Shown: positions 37,889-49,394 of the stretch, one piece after another
Position numbering within the stretch: position 1 is the stretch's first letter
Layout of the letters: every line of letters begins with the position of its first letter
Source: Blepharisma stoltei ATCC 30299
Lineage: Eukaryota; Protista; Ciliophora
Direction: 5' to 3'
Assembly (NCBI GenBank): GCA_965603825.1
Contig: CBFDEM010000015.1
Location: 496,001 to 560,000, forward strand
DNA length: 64,000 bases
Position numbers and translations under genes: made by a program
The notes under the pieces: generated by a model
Databases searched by the model: none
Seen by the model: only the letters and a program-made list of their open reading frames with translations
What the model was told of the DNA's origin: nothing

Positions 37889-39415
37889 ATGACTGAGTTG
37901 GTCCAAATTTTGATAGAAAATGAAAAAACAATAGTCGAATACATTTTGAAGAACTATGACCTCGCAAAAATTTTTGGACTCACCCCTTTCAAGCCAGCTA
38001 AAGCAATCTGTGGTGTAGAGTTTATTTTTGACCCAAATACCTTAAATCGTTTAGATAGGCACCCTGGGAGCAATTTCAAGGGCACAGACACAACTCTTGA
38101 CTTGTCATTGTCAGACAAGCCACATAAAAATATAAGTGAATTGATCAATGATTCAGACAAGACAATTAGTTTAACCGATTATATGAAATTAAAAGATGAT
38201 GATGCTTTTTTATCTAGATCATCCACTGCAGACACCTCATCAGCTGATTTGCAAAGAGAAGAGTACTCTGTATGATGGCACACAGAAACCATTGAAAAAA
38301 GATCAAATAGCTTAAACTCAAATATTTATGCGTCCTTAAAAGACAAATGGGAAAAAGACGAAAAATTTTGCAGCTTCAAAGAGCTTGATTTTAAGTCATG
38401 CTTGGCAAAAGAAATTTTAAAAAAAATTGGTGAAGTGATAGTCAAGATTGCTGAAAGAGGAGTCGAGTTTTTGAGATTTCCAGGAGAATTGATAGAAATC
38501 TCGATGCAGCAAGAAACAAAAATCAGAATGATTCCACATAATATAAGCAAGATAGCAAAAATAAACTCAAGTATAGACTTAGAAAGGTATAGAGGTGTTA
38601 TTGAGGAATGGCTCAAACCTTATGCAAAAGAAATCCGTTTTATAAAAAGTTTGCATTATGAATTAACACCTTCTGATTTCAACCGCGCTTCAGAAATTGC
38701 CATATCAGGGTTATATAAAGGAAACCAAGTACAATCATGAATTACACCCAAAAAAAATTCACAGTTATATATAGATTATTATTATGAGCTTAAAACCCTC
38801 AAAGATTTAAGCCATAAAAATATATTAAAAGTTTATGGGCTGCATGACACAAAGAATTTCTGTTCTCTGATTGTGGAAGAATGCAAAAGTTTGAAAAGTA
38901 CTTTAGAAGAAAATATAAGCGTCCAAAAAGTTGTAAAGATTGGTCTAGAAATTGCTGAAGGGGTAAAGTATATCCATGACCAAAATTTTATATGTGGCTG
39001 CTTGACGCCAGAAAATATTTTTATTAACTGTCAATCAAAAATTGTCTTAGGGAGACTTAGAATTGCAAAGGCAGAGTTTGCAGCGTTTTTCTGCGCTCCT
39101 GAAGTGCTTGCAAATAGAGAAGTTGAGGCAGCTGCTGATATCTGATCGTTTGGGATGATACTCTATTGGATGCTAGCTAAAAGGATTCCTTTTGACTATC
39201 TAAGGGACAGCGAAGATTTTAGTTTTAAGTTTTTGAGCGATTCTATTGAGTTTAATAGAAGGAAGCCTATGCTGGATAGAAGAATTGAAGAAAAATATCC
39301 AAAGCTTGTGTCTTTGATTAGAGATACTTGATCGATTTTACCAGAAAATAGGCCTGTTATAGAAGATATAATTGAGGATCTCAAGGAAATTTTAGATGAG
39401 ATAAATAATAATTAG
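37889..39415 (+). CDS. Protein with C-terminal TKL-like pseudokinase domain, 508 aa
   Basis: ORFs joined by four TGA=W. LSHKNILKVYG, IAEGVKYIH, APE, ADIWSFGMIL, W...PENRP; HRD replaced by CGC and DFG by GRL. TAG 39413-39415. Confidence 0.8.
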
Positions 39416-39473
39416 ATATGAAATTAGAGAAATAATTTCCTTTAAGGATCCATCTTAAAACATATAAATAATT

Positions 39474-41213
39474 ATGGAAGACGTAGACGACCTATTGATT
39501 TTATCTCTCCAGCAGATGTCAATCCCAGCATGTCAAGGCATAAAATCCCTTGAAAACTTGCAAAACCCTGATGTTCTTCTTCCAGTCACTATGGGCCTTC
39601 TAAACATTATATTAGGAAAAGTTTTCACTGAATACCCTACAACCCTTTCATCAAAATACAAGATGTGCATGCAGTTTAGCGAAAAAATAAAAACTCTAGG
39701 GTATACAGGAGATCTTAATTTTAACACTTTTCTGTATCCAGATATAAAGGACATCAGAAAAGTTGTGGGATTCATGATGGATAAAGTTCCAAAAGAAGAG
39801 GCAAAGGCAGTCGCTATTGATGATACTCCTCAGCAAGCATTTCAAAGAAGGATTAAAGAGAAGGTTTCTAAGTGGACTCAAAAGAAATGGCAGCCTCCAT
39901 TTGATAAAACTCATAAGTTAACTTTTCGTGGAATAGTCGAGCTTCATGATGGTGCCGAAATTTCTGAAGAGCTAAAACCAGCATGGGAAACCTATAAAAA
40001 CTCCAAAATTTACTGGCAAAAAAGGCTCGCGAAAGGCAATCCTTCAGCTCTCTATACCACTCAAGTCTATTTAACTCAATCAAAAATAAATAAAAGCAAA
40101 GACCTCGATTTTTCAATAGGGAGATCTTCAAATAAAACTTCCTCAATTTTAATTAAATCTGACCTTTCAGAAAAATCCCTCCCATCCCTCCTCCACGTAC
40201 TGGAACGCCCAAATTTGACCTCTCAAGTCACAGAAGATATTGGCAGTGTTTTTGCTATTGACACTCAAAATCTAGAAGAAGATGAACTGCTTCAAAGCGG
40301 CATCATTGAAGGCACCCCTCCTCCTAAATCAGCTGACTCAATGGAACAAAAAGAAAAAGAAATCCAAGAGCTTGAAGAAAAACTTAAAGAAATTTCGGAA
40401 GAAAATGATCAAATTGAAGCGTCAATTTCTACAGCAAAAGCAAATATAACAGCAACGTCGCAGAGTTTAAAGCAACTTAAAACTGATAATGAAAACTTAA
40501 AGAAAGACCTTGAGCAAAAGCATAGGATGGCTACAGCACTTACAGAAGGAAACTCTACAAAGCTTGAAGAAGAAATAAAAGATCTAGAAGGTAAGCTTGA
40601 ATTAATGGAAAAAGAATGAAACGAGTACAAAGAGCCGATTTTGGAAGAAATTAAAGAAAAAGAAATCCAGACTGAAAAGCTGAAAGAAAGCTACAGTGAT
40701 AAAATCGAAGAAATTAAACAGATGAAAGAAGAAATGAGAGAAATGGCAGAAGAAGCAGAAGATAAAGAAGAGTTGTTAGAAATTCTGAAGCAGGAAGAAG
40801 CAAAAGGAACGTCAAGCATTAATAGAAATACTTATGTTAAAAGGATCACAGAAATTGTGGAAAAATTAAAAAGACAGAAAAAAGATATGACGAAAATTGT
40901 GAAAGATATAACACAGATGCAGAAGAGCGTGGAATTAACTAGAGAAGCATTGAAAAGGACTGATGCTGCAACTGAGGATTTAGTGTTTCAAGAAGCGAAG
41001 AAAAATTCAGCTGCCAAAGTTATTTATAAACTTTTGGTAGATTTAAGAGAAAGCTATGCGGCATTGATAAGGAATGTTGAAGACCAGTTTAGACTTCAGT
41101 CAAAAATGAGTGATTTGGAAATCAGAATTGAGTCTGCGATATCTAGAAATGCTAAGCATGATATTAATCAGCTTAGACAAGATTTAGAAAAAATCAAAGC
41201 AGAACAGCAATAA
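39474..41213 (+). CDS. CCDC22: CCDC22 homolog (CCC/Commander complex), 579 aa
   Basis: MEDVDDLLILSL, LGYTGDLNFNTFLYP, RNTYVKRITEIV..L.RQK, RTDAATEDLVFQEAKK; TGA 40617=W. Confidence 0.88.
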
Positions 41214-41559
41214 TAATTAACCTTCATTAATTGGTCTCTAAATCAGATGATTGTATTTCTTATAATATAAGGTTTCCCTTACAATTAATATTTTTCTTTA
41301 TACCATTGAAAGAGAACCAGAAATGATTCTTTTATTTCTTACTTAAAGGCTAGAGTTATCAGGATAATAGAATTATTAATATAACATTTTTATATTAAGT
41401 TCAATTAAGGCATAAAAACCAGAAAAATCTAAAAAATTGTTTTTTCATTTTTCTAGAAGTATTTATTATAAGCTAGATATATTAATTCTCAAATAAAATT
41501 TCCGTAGCAATCACAGTTATTTTAAACACTAGTTTTATTTAATAAACTAAGCTAAAATA

Positions 41560-41925
41560 ATGGAAAAACATAAATTCAAGCACACTGGAAGAGCTTCTTC
41601 AATGACAAATATAAAATCAGCTTATTGCCAATATCAAACAAAATTGTCTCATAAGACAATGCATTTAAATAAAAATATCACTAAGTTGGAAACTTGATTT
41701 TCTAAAAGAAGATCAAATAATTTTAGAAACTCTGGATCATTTGCAACACAGCTAATAATAGATGGATCTACTGATATGAGTCACTCTCCATCCCCGCAGC
41801 AAGCTCAGTCTCTGTTTAGGACAGAAAGGTCAAGATTTGAAGAAGATGAAAACCAGAAAAATTTAGAAGAGCCTTGTTTACTAGCCTTAAGCGTTTTAAA
41901 AAAATCCACCCAAGAAGTTTTATAG
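41560..41925 (+). CDS. Hypothetical protein, 121 aa; absent from the ORF track
   Basis: ATG 41560, one in-frame TGA, TAG 41923-41925; higher GC than the flanks. Confidence 0.5.
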
Positions 41926-42613
41926 ATACTTATAAATTAATTATTATTTGTCTAAATATTATGGGAGAAAATTGATTTCCTGAAAGTAATTGATTTTAAA
42001 AATTCTTATCACTCTTACTAAAATAACTTTAATAGTTCAAATGCATATGACTGCTTGAATAACTAATTTTCTTGGAATTTTAATAACTTATATTGATATA
42101 TTAGCTCAAAAATGTGGAATTCCATAACCTAAGCCTATATCTTCTTTCATTTTATAATCACACTATTAATCCCTAATCAAAATTTCCTTTGATTCTGATT
42201 TAAATGTATGCTATAAGCCATCATAAGTCAGACGAAATGCCAATAAACTATTTAGAATCTCTTTACTCCAAGGCTTAAAATTTAAATTCTTGCGATTGTA
42301 AATGAAATAAATACTTTTGTCTTCATTTATTAGTAAAAAAATCATACCTCTTTTAAATTAATAAAACATAACTGATTCGAAATATTTCATCGCCTTATAT
42401 AAATAAAATTAATTAGGCTTCAATTAACTTCTTACCTTACAGTCACCACGGCAAATTATTAACCACTTTTATCTTTTAAAAACAATAAAACAAATTTCAA
42501 TTATATCTAAACTAACGAGATTGACTAAATAATTTCTATAATGTTTCTAAACTTTATTCAACTCTAATTTATATGAATTTATAATAAGCCATTTTTAGAT
42601 TTATTAAAAGTCT

Positions 42614-42955
42614 TTAGCCTCCAAATCCATAAAGCGTTCTTCCTTGGCGTTTCAACGCATAAACCACATCAAGTGCCGTTACTGTTTTTCTCCTTGCATG
42701 CTCAGTATATGTAACCGCATCTCTTACAACATTTTCTAAGAACGATTTCAGGACATTTCTCGTTTCATCATACACCAGCCCACTCAGTCTTTTCACTCCA
42801 CCTCTACGGGCCAAACGTCTAATTGCCGGCTTGGTGATTCCTTGTATATTTTCCCTGATAACATGCCGTCTCTTTTGTTTTCCCCCAATCTTCCCTAATC
42901 CTTTGCCTTTCCCCTTGCCTTTGATTCCTTTCGCACCTTTTCCTTCCACCTTCAT
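42614..42955 (-). CDS. H4: Histone H4 with extended, divergent N-terminal tail, 113 aa
   Basis: [56 protein letters not shown]. Confidence 0.98.
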   Translation of the reverse strand: MKVEGKGAKGIKGKGKGKGLGKIGGKQKRRHVIRENIQGITKPAIRRLARRGGVKRLSGLVYDETRNVLKSFLENVVRDAVTYTEHARRKTVTALDVVYALKRQGRTLYGFGG

Positions 42956-43036
42956 ATTAATTTTTATATTTAAAGCCCCCGCTATTATTTTCGAATATTC
43001 CTAATTAAACATCTTTTCTCTATTTTCCTAATAAAA

Positions 43037-44791
43037 ATGCTTTTCACCTTGGCACGCTATTATTTGAAGTAATTCTAACTCAGACTTTTAGCTGCTTTTT
43101 TCTTCCAAGAAGTAGAAACAGTTGGGCGGCACTTGACTCCTTCGACTGGGCCTGTTATTTTGTGTGGAAACCACTCAAATCAATTTGTGGACCCAGTCTT
43201 GATCATTAGCCAATGCAAAAGACAACCATCGTTCCTGATGGCTGCCAGTGTAAGATTTATTTAGTCAATGAAAAAGAAAGTTGTAGGGTCGCTTGCCAGA
43301 CTGTTCCATGTAATCCCTGTGAAAAGGCCTCAAGATTATGTTACAAAAGGGACTGGAACAATTACTTATGATGACGATCTTAAAAGAATCATAGGAACTG
43401 GGACCAAATTTGTGACTGAAGTGCACCCAGGGGACGCCCTTAAGTGTGAAAAAGTCATGATCACTGTAAAATCTGTTGAAAACGACACTGTTGTTGTCCC
43501 TATGGGTCCAGCTATAGGGATTAAAGACATGCAGTTTAAGATCATGCCTAAAATAGACCAGCATGATATATATGAAGCTGTGCAGACTGAGCTCAGAAAA
43601 GGAGGGTGCATTGGGATATTCCCAGAAGGAGGCTCCCATGACAGGCCAAATTTATTGCCACTAAAGGCTGGAGTATGTTTAATGGCATTAGGAGCCATGT
43701 CAAGGTATAATATCACAGTCACAATTCAATGTGTTGGCTTGAATTATTATCAAGGGCACAGATTCAGATCTAAAGCAGTCGTCAATTTTGGAGTTCCTTA
43801 TGCGATTCCTAGAGAGCTTGCATCGCTCTATTTGCGAGATCGCAAAAGGGCTGTAGAAATCTTACTAAAACAAATTGAAAATGTAAAAGATATTTAGAGA
43901 CTTGGAGAAGTTTGGGTCACAGCGCCGACTTATGATGAGCTTTCTCATGTATTTATGGCAAGAAGAGTTTACAAGCCTGACCATCTTAGAGAAAACCCAG
44001 CTTTAGATATGGAAATGAATATAAAATTTGCAAAAGGATATAAAGAGCTAAAAGAAAAGTACTCAGATTTGCCTGACTTTAAGAATCTAGTGCAAATTGT
44101 TGAAGCTTATTCAAATAATTTGAAGAAAATTGGGCTGCAAGATTACCAGTTAAGGCTGTCGAATTTCTCTAAAGTAAAGATGATTGCTTATACTTTGATA
44201 ACCTTGATAAGGATTTTGGGTGGACTAACAATTTCTCTTCCTGGGTGGGTAATTGCAGGACTTATGGGTGCAATTTTGAACTATATTGCAGAAAAAGAAA
44301 GAAAAAAAGCTTTGATGTCTTCTTCAGTCAAGTTAAATGCAAGTGATACAGTTGCGTCAACGAAAATAGTATATGGGATGGTTCTCATGTTTCTTTTCAC
44401 ACTTTTCCTTCAGATTGTTGCTTTTATTTACACCTATTGTAAAATTTATGTAGATTTATATGGATCATTTTGGACTTCTCTAGAGTATCTCGCTATTACT
44501 GGCGTTGCATGGCCAATTTATATGTACCTAGCTATTATACTTTCAGATAGAGCTTTTAGCAGCTTTGGGAGGCTTTATTCAAGGGCTCTCAGTATTTGTA
44601 GTCCGAGGGAAATTGAGAATCTTAAGAGTCAAAGAGCTCAGCTAAAAGAGCATGTGGTTAAGCTAGTAAATGAGCATGGTCCTAAGATATTCCCAGGATT
44701 GCAGCCAGGGGATTTGTTTAAGGAGAAGGCCAATGATCTGGATGATATGCTGAATGGAGCTTTTAATTTATTGAATGAAATTGGACTCTAA
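43037..44791 (+). CDS. Glycerol-3-phosphate/DHAP acyltransferase (Sct1/Gpt2-like), 569 aa
   Basis: 15-nt introns 43069-43083, 43250-43264, 43883-43897. NHSNQFVDP (HX4D), IPVKRPQD, IFPEGGSHDR..LLPLKAG, C-terminal TMs. Confidence 0.9.
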
Positions 44792-44983
44792 AATAATCAT
44801 TATGATGCTTAAATATTTGGTAATAAATTTAAGTATTAAAAGTAATATGATATAATACATCTTGGTGCATAAATTAGCTATTGAAGTAGCCCAAGGGTTA
44901 TAATATCAGAATTTATAATTTATTTATTATGTCTGTTAAAAATATAATAAACTGCTACTTATTTATTAAATAATAACTTTATT

Positions 44984-47900
44984 TTATTTGCGCCTATTCC
45001 AAAATCCTCCACCTATATTTGCATTTGCCATTTTTGGAGCCTTCTTTGGTAATGTATTGCTCTTTTCTGAAGCTTGCTTATCTACTCTTGTAATATTTTT
45101 AGCTTCTTCTGCTTTTTTTCTTTCTTCTTTTTGCTTATTAATGGCGATAGCGTTAGAATTTGTTGCTTTTGGAGGTATTTTAGCTTCTTCTATGTGTTTT
45201 CTTTCTTCTTTTCTTCTACGAGTCGCGTTAGCGTCAATACTTACTTCTTTATATCCTAATTTTGGAGCCTCCACTTTTTCTATATTGCTTGATTTCTTTT
45301 CATCAGGGATTCTATTTTGATAACCTTGAGGAATTGTCGTATTTATTTTTTGCTCTTCATTGTTTCTTTCAAAAAAATCACTATAATAATGATATCCTCC
45401 ATCTCCTGGGTTTCCCCAATGTGGATCATAGTCAATAGTTATCAATTTTCTTTTGTCATTGCAGTAGTCTATGAAGTCATCTCAATCATCATTTTTCCTT
45501 AAACAACGAGCATTTCCTACTATACTCAATGCAAATCTAGCTCTGGTAATAGCTACATTCATTCTTCTTCTATCACTCAAAAATCCAATATTTTCAGATC
45601 TTACTAAAGAAAGTATGATATAGTCCTTTTCTCTTCCTTGGTATCCATCAACAGAGTCCACTTCAATTCTTTTCCTTCAGCTACCTCCAAATCTTTTTCC
45701 AAGCAATTTCTTTATATACTCAGCTTGCGCTCTATAAGGTGTTACTATACCTATCGATGATCCTCTCTCCCCAAGCAATTCATAAACGATATAATTTGCT
45801 TCACATTCGTTGTAAAAGCTATGCCCATCACTTGCCTGAATTTCAGTTGAATTTACTAAGTTAAAAAATCATAAACCAGGGTTCTTTATGCCAGGTGGCA
45901 TTTGTCTCCTATCAACACTAGGATCAGATTTTAGTTTGTGATCATAAAAATACATAGCAGGATACTCACAAAGCTCAGATATCATTCTATACTGTGTTTT
46001 AAGCATCAAAGGCTCAAGCTTGCAATCTTCCATCCTTTCAAATAGTGATCGGTTATATAGGTTAGTTTTCGAGGCATCTGCAAAAGTTGTTGCAGGGAGC
46101 TGCTTTGGATCACCAAATAAAATAGCAGTCGAAGTGTCATATAGAAAAGGAATTAAAATGCTAAGTTCAATGGATTGACATGCTTCATCAATAATAAGAT
46201 AGTCAAATTTTCTTATTGAAATTCCATTATCATCAGCTGTAAACGCAGCCAGAATATCCAGAGAGCCAGCTGTGCTTGCTGTGCAAAAAATAATATCTGA
46301 TTCATCAATATACTCTTTCTTCAGGGATTTTTGGCGCTCAATATATATATTCTTTTCATCATATAGCTGGTTCAACTCATCTAACAAAAGCTTAATATTT
46401 CTATTTAAGTTTTCATATTGTTCAACATTCTTATTTCCTTTTTTGGTCATTTGATCTCGTTCACCGCTCAATCTGTCTAATTTTATTCGCAGTTTTTTAA
46501 TTTCATCTGTAGGGTCTCTCAATCCTTCTTCTTCCATAGCTACTTCTATCAAGTAATTTAATGATATTTCTTTAACGCTTACAGGGATTTCTTTTGTATT
46601 AACATTTTCCACTATTCCTAACTCATTTTTTAATCTTTTTTGGCCAATTCTAAGCATTGGGATGCCTTGCAGCTGATCTCCATTTTCATCAAATAGTCCA
46701 TGGTTATGAGCTCTAGAGGCGATTTCGTCAATGGCTGCATTGCTGGGAGCACAAACTAAAATTTTTGGCCTTAAATAACGATCGATTGACAAATATCCTG
46801 AAATCAGACCAAGAATTACTGAAGTTTTTCCTGTTCCTGGGGGGCCTTGAACTAACAAAATCCCTTCATTAACACGAAATGAGTAATTAAGGACATCATA
46901 CTGCGATTGATTAAATTTATTTTTGATTGTTTTAAGAAAACGCTCTGAAACAATTGGATTTGATGATATTCTAGGTGGTTTAGGAAATAATATATAATCC
47001 AATAACAAAGAATCTTCAATCTTGCTAAAAGTCAAAAATTCTCTTCTGAGTGTGGTTAAGTTTCCAAGGCTCACTATCTAAAATTCTGCTCGAAATCGCC
47101 ACATTGCTGCGCTTTTATTGAAATCAAACCACCTCTGTGCTCTTTCCTTGCAATTCCTAATCAATATTTTGAACTTAATATCTCATCTGACATTTGAATA
47201 CCAGATCCACTATGAGGGAGTAGTAGAAGCAAGTCATTTGCCTGTATTTCATCATAAAATGTTTTAATAAAAGCACTTTCATTTGAATGCGAAACTTTAT
47301 AGCCTCCCGTATCTTCTTCCAAAATTAAATTGAAAACTTTGAATTTGTTTATATCTTTAATTTGCTTCTTAATAATTTCTTTCACCTCTAAAAAAAAAGC
47401 TGCCTTAAACTCTTCTTGATACTGATCAAAATTATCAAATTCATCTGAAATCTTTTTTGCTGGAGGAGGAGTTACAAAATCAACATCATTAAAATGCAAA
47501 ATAAAGTAATCTAGCTCTTGATATGGTTGAGTCTCAAACAAATTTATTATTTTTCTTCTTTTCCTAGACTGAACTTCTTCAAATTCAGATTCACTTTCTT
47601 CTTCTGTTCATCCAGAATCATCTGAATTACTGAATTCATCAACGCTTTCTTCTGATTTTTCATCTTCTATAGCTAATGGCTGGTTCTGGCCTTCAGAGTT
47701 TATTTCAACAAATTTATTTCTTATTCTATTTTCAATTTCTCCTTTAAAGTTATTCAATATTTGGGCTGCTGTTTTAAAGTCATCAGGATTCGAAACTTTT
47801 ATTTTATCTGGGTGTATTTTTAAAAGAATCCTATTTGCAATTTTTTTAACATTTTCGTCTGGCTCTTCAGCTTCAATATTTAAAGCTTCATAAATATCAT

Positions 47901-48339
47901 TAGCTTTTAATATTCGCTGGCATATATTTTGCCTTTCTTCATCAAGTTTTCTTTTATCTTCTGCTTTCTTTTTTGCCAACTCTTCACTTTCTCTTATTTT
48001 CCGCTCGTGCTCTTCCTTTCTTTCTTTTACACTATTTAACAATTGAAAATTTTCAGATGATGGTTGAATATTGCAAGCTTTGGTCAGGAAAGTTATAGAT
48101 TTCGCAAATTCATGGTTTTTTAAATATTTATTGGCAATATCAATGCATCTTTGAAGCTCAATGGCATCTTTTTCGGAAAGGCTATTTTCGGGTTCTCTAT
48201 TTTCAGAGCCATTATTTTCAGCATTTTCTGTGCTTTCAAAAACTTGATTTTCATTCAAATTAATCCTGTCTCCAGACAATTCTAAGTCGATTTTACGCTC
48301 ATCCTCTTCGTTAATATTTTCATGCTCGCTTTTTGACAT
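44984..48339 (-). pseudogene. J-domain/Sen1-like helicase fusion, copy A, with one frameshift near 47077
   Basis: HPD intact (47806-47814). A 1-nt deletion relative to copy B creates TAG 47074-47076. The downstream frame is otherwise open with all SF1 motifs to TAA 44984. Confidence 0.75.
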
Positions 48340-48728
48340 TTAACCAAAATTGTAAATTTTTCAGATTTCTCATTTTTCCAGAAATTCTTGGCAAATGCAA
48401 ATCGTAGAGCAACAGTATTATGCTATTTTATTTGAATCTGCATAAATAATAAAACCTAATTTATATGAAAAGATAGACTCACTAAGTTAAATCTGCAGCC
48501 GTGCAAAACTTGAACTCATCTATAAGCAATATATTCACTTAAGAAAATAATCATTAGATGAATTGGCTTTAAATCGTTATAATTTTAAAACAGCCTGAGA
48601 TACTTAATTTAAACGCAAAGTTAATTCAATAATTTTTATAACTTTTTAGTAATTCTCTTGATTTTTGAATGCTTGACTCTTGGACTGAATAAGATATAAA
48701 TTATTAACCAAATTGTATTTAATTTTCT

Positions 48729-49210
48729 GACTAACAATTTCTCTTCTTATGGGTGCAATTTTGAGCTAGATTGCAGAAAAAGAAAGAAAAAAAGTTTTAA
48801 TGTCTTCTTCAGTCAAGTTAAATGCAAGTGATACAGTTGCGTCAACGAAAATAGTATATGGGATGGTTCTCATGTTTCTTTTCACACTTTTCCTTCAAGT
48901 TATTGCGTGAATTTACACCTATTGTAAAATTTATGTAGATTTATATGGATCATTTTGGACTTCTCTAGAGTATCTCGCTATTACTGGCGTTACTTGGCCA
49001 ATTTATATGTACCTAGCTATTATACTTTCAGATAGAGCTTTTAGCAGCTTTGGGAGGCTTTATTCAAGGGCTCTCAGTATTTGTAGTCCGAGGGAAATTG
49101 AAAATCTTAAGAGTCAAAGAGCTCAGCAAAATGATCTAGATCCTAAGATATTCCCAGGATTGCAGCCAGGGGATTTGTTTAAGGAGAAAGCCAATGAAAT
49201 TAGACTCTAA
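48729..49210 (+). pseudogene. Duplicated 3' fragment of the GPAT gene
   Basis: Near-identical to 44223-44791 apart from net deletions of 21, 24 and 42 nt and an in-frame TAG at 48767-48769; lacks the catalytic domain. Confidence 0.85.
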
Positions 49211-49394
49211 AATAATCATTATAATGCTTAAATATTTGGTAATAAATTTAAATATTAAAAGTAATATGATATAATATACCTTGGAGCATAAGCTATAGAG
49301 GCAGCCCAAGGGTTTTAATATCAGATTTTATGATTTTTTTATCATATCTGTAAAAATATATAATAAGTTGCTATTCATTAAACAATTAATTTAT

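Noticed and set aside
2312-39415. UAG=Gln (NCBI table 15) or UAR=Gln ciliate code
   Set aside because: TAG ends genes at homologous C-termini (2314, 5840, 39415). Internal TAA/TAG in intact genes occur only inside 15-17-nt introns.
47070-47085. Intron or Euplotes-style programmed frameshift rescuing helicase copy A
   Set aside because: No consensus GTA..AG intron of the right phase is present, the site is not AAA-TAR, and copy B simply has one more base. Recoding is kept only as a remote alternative.
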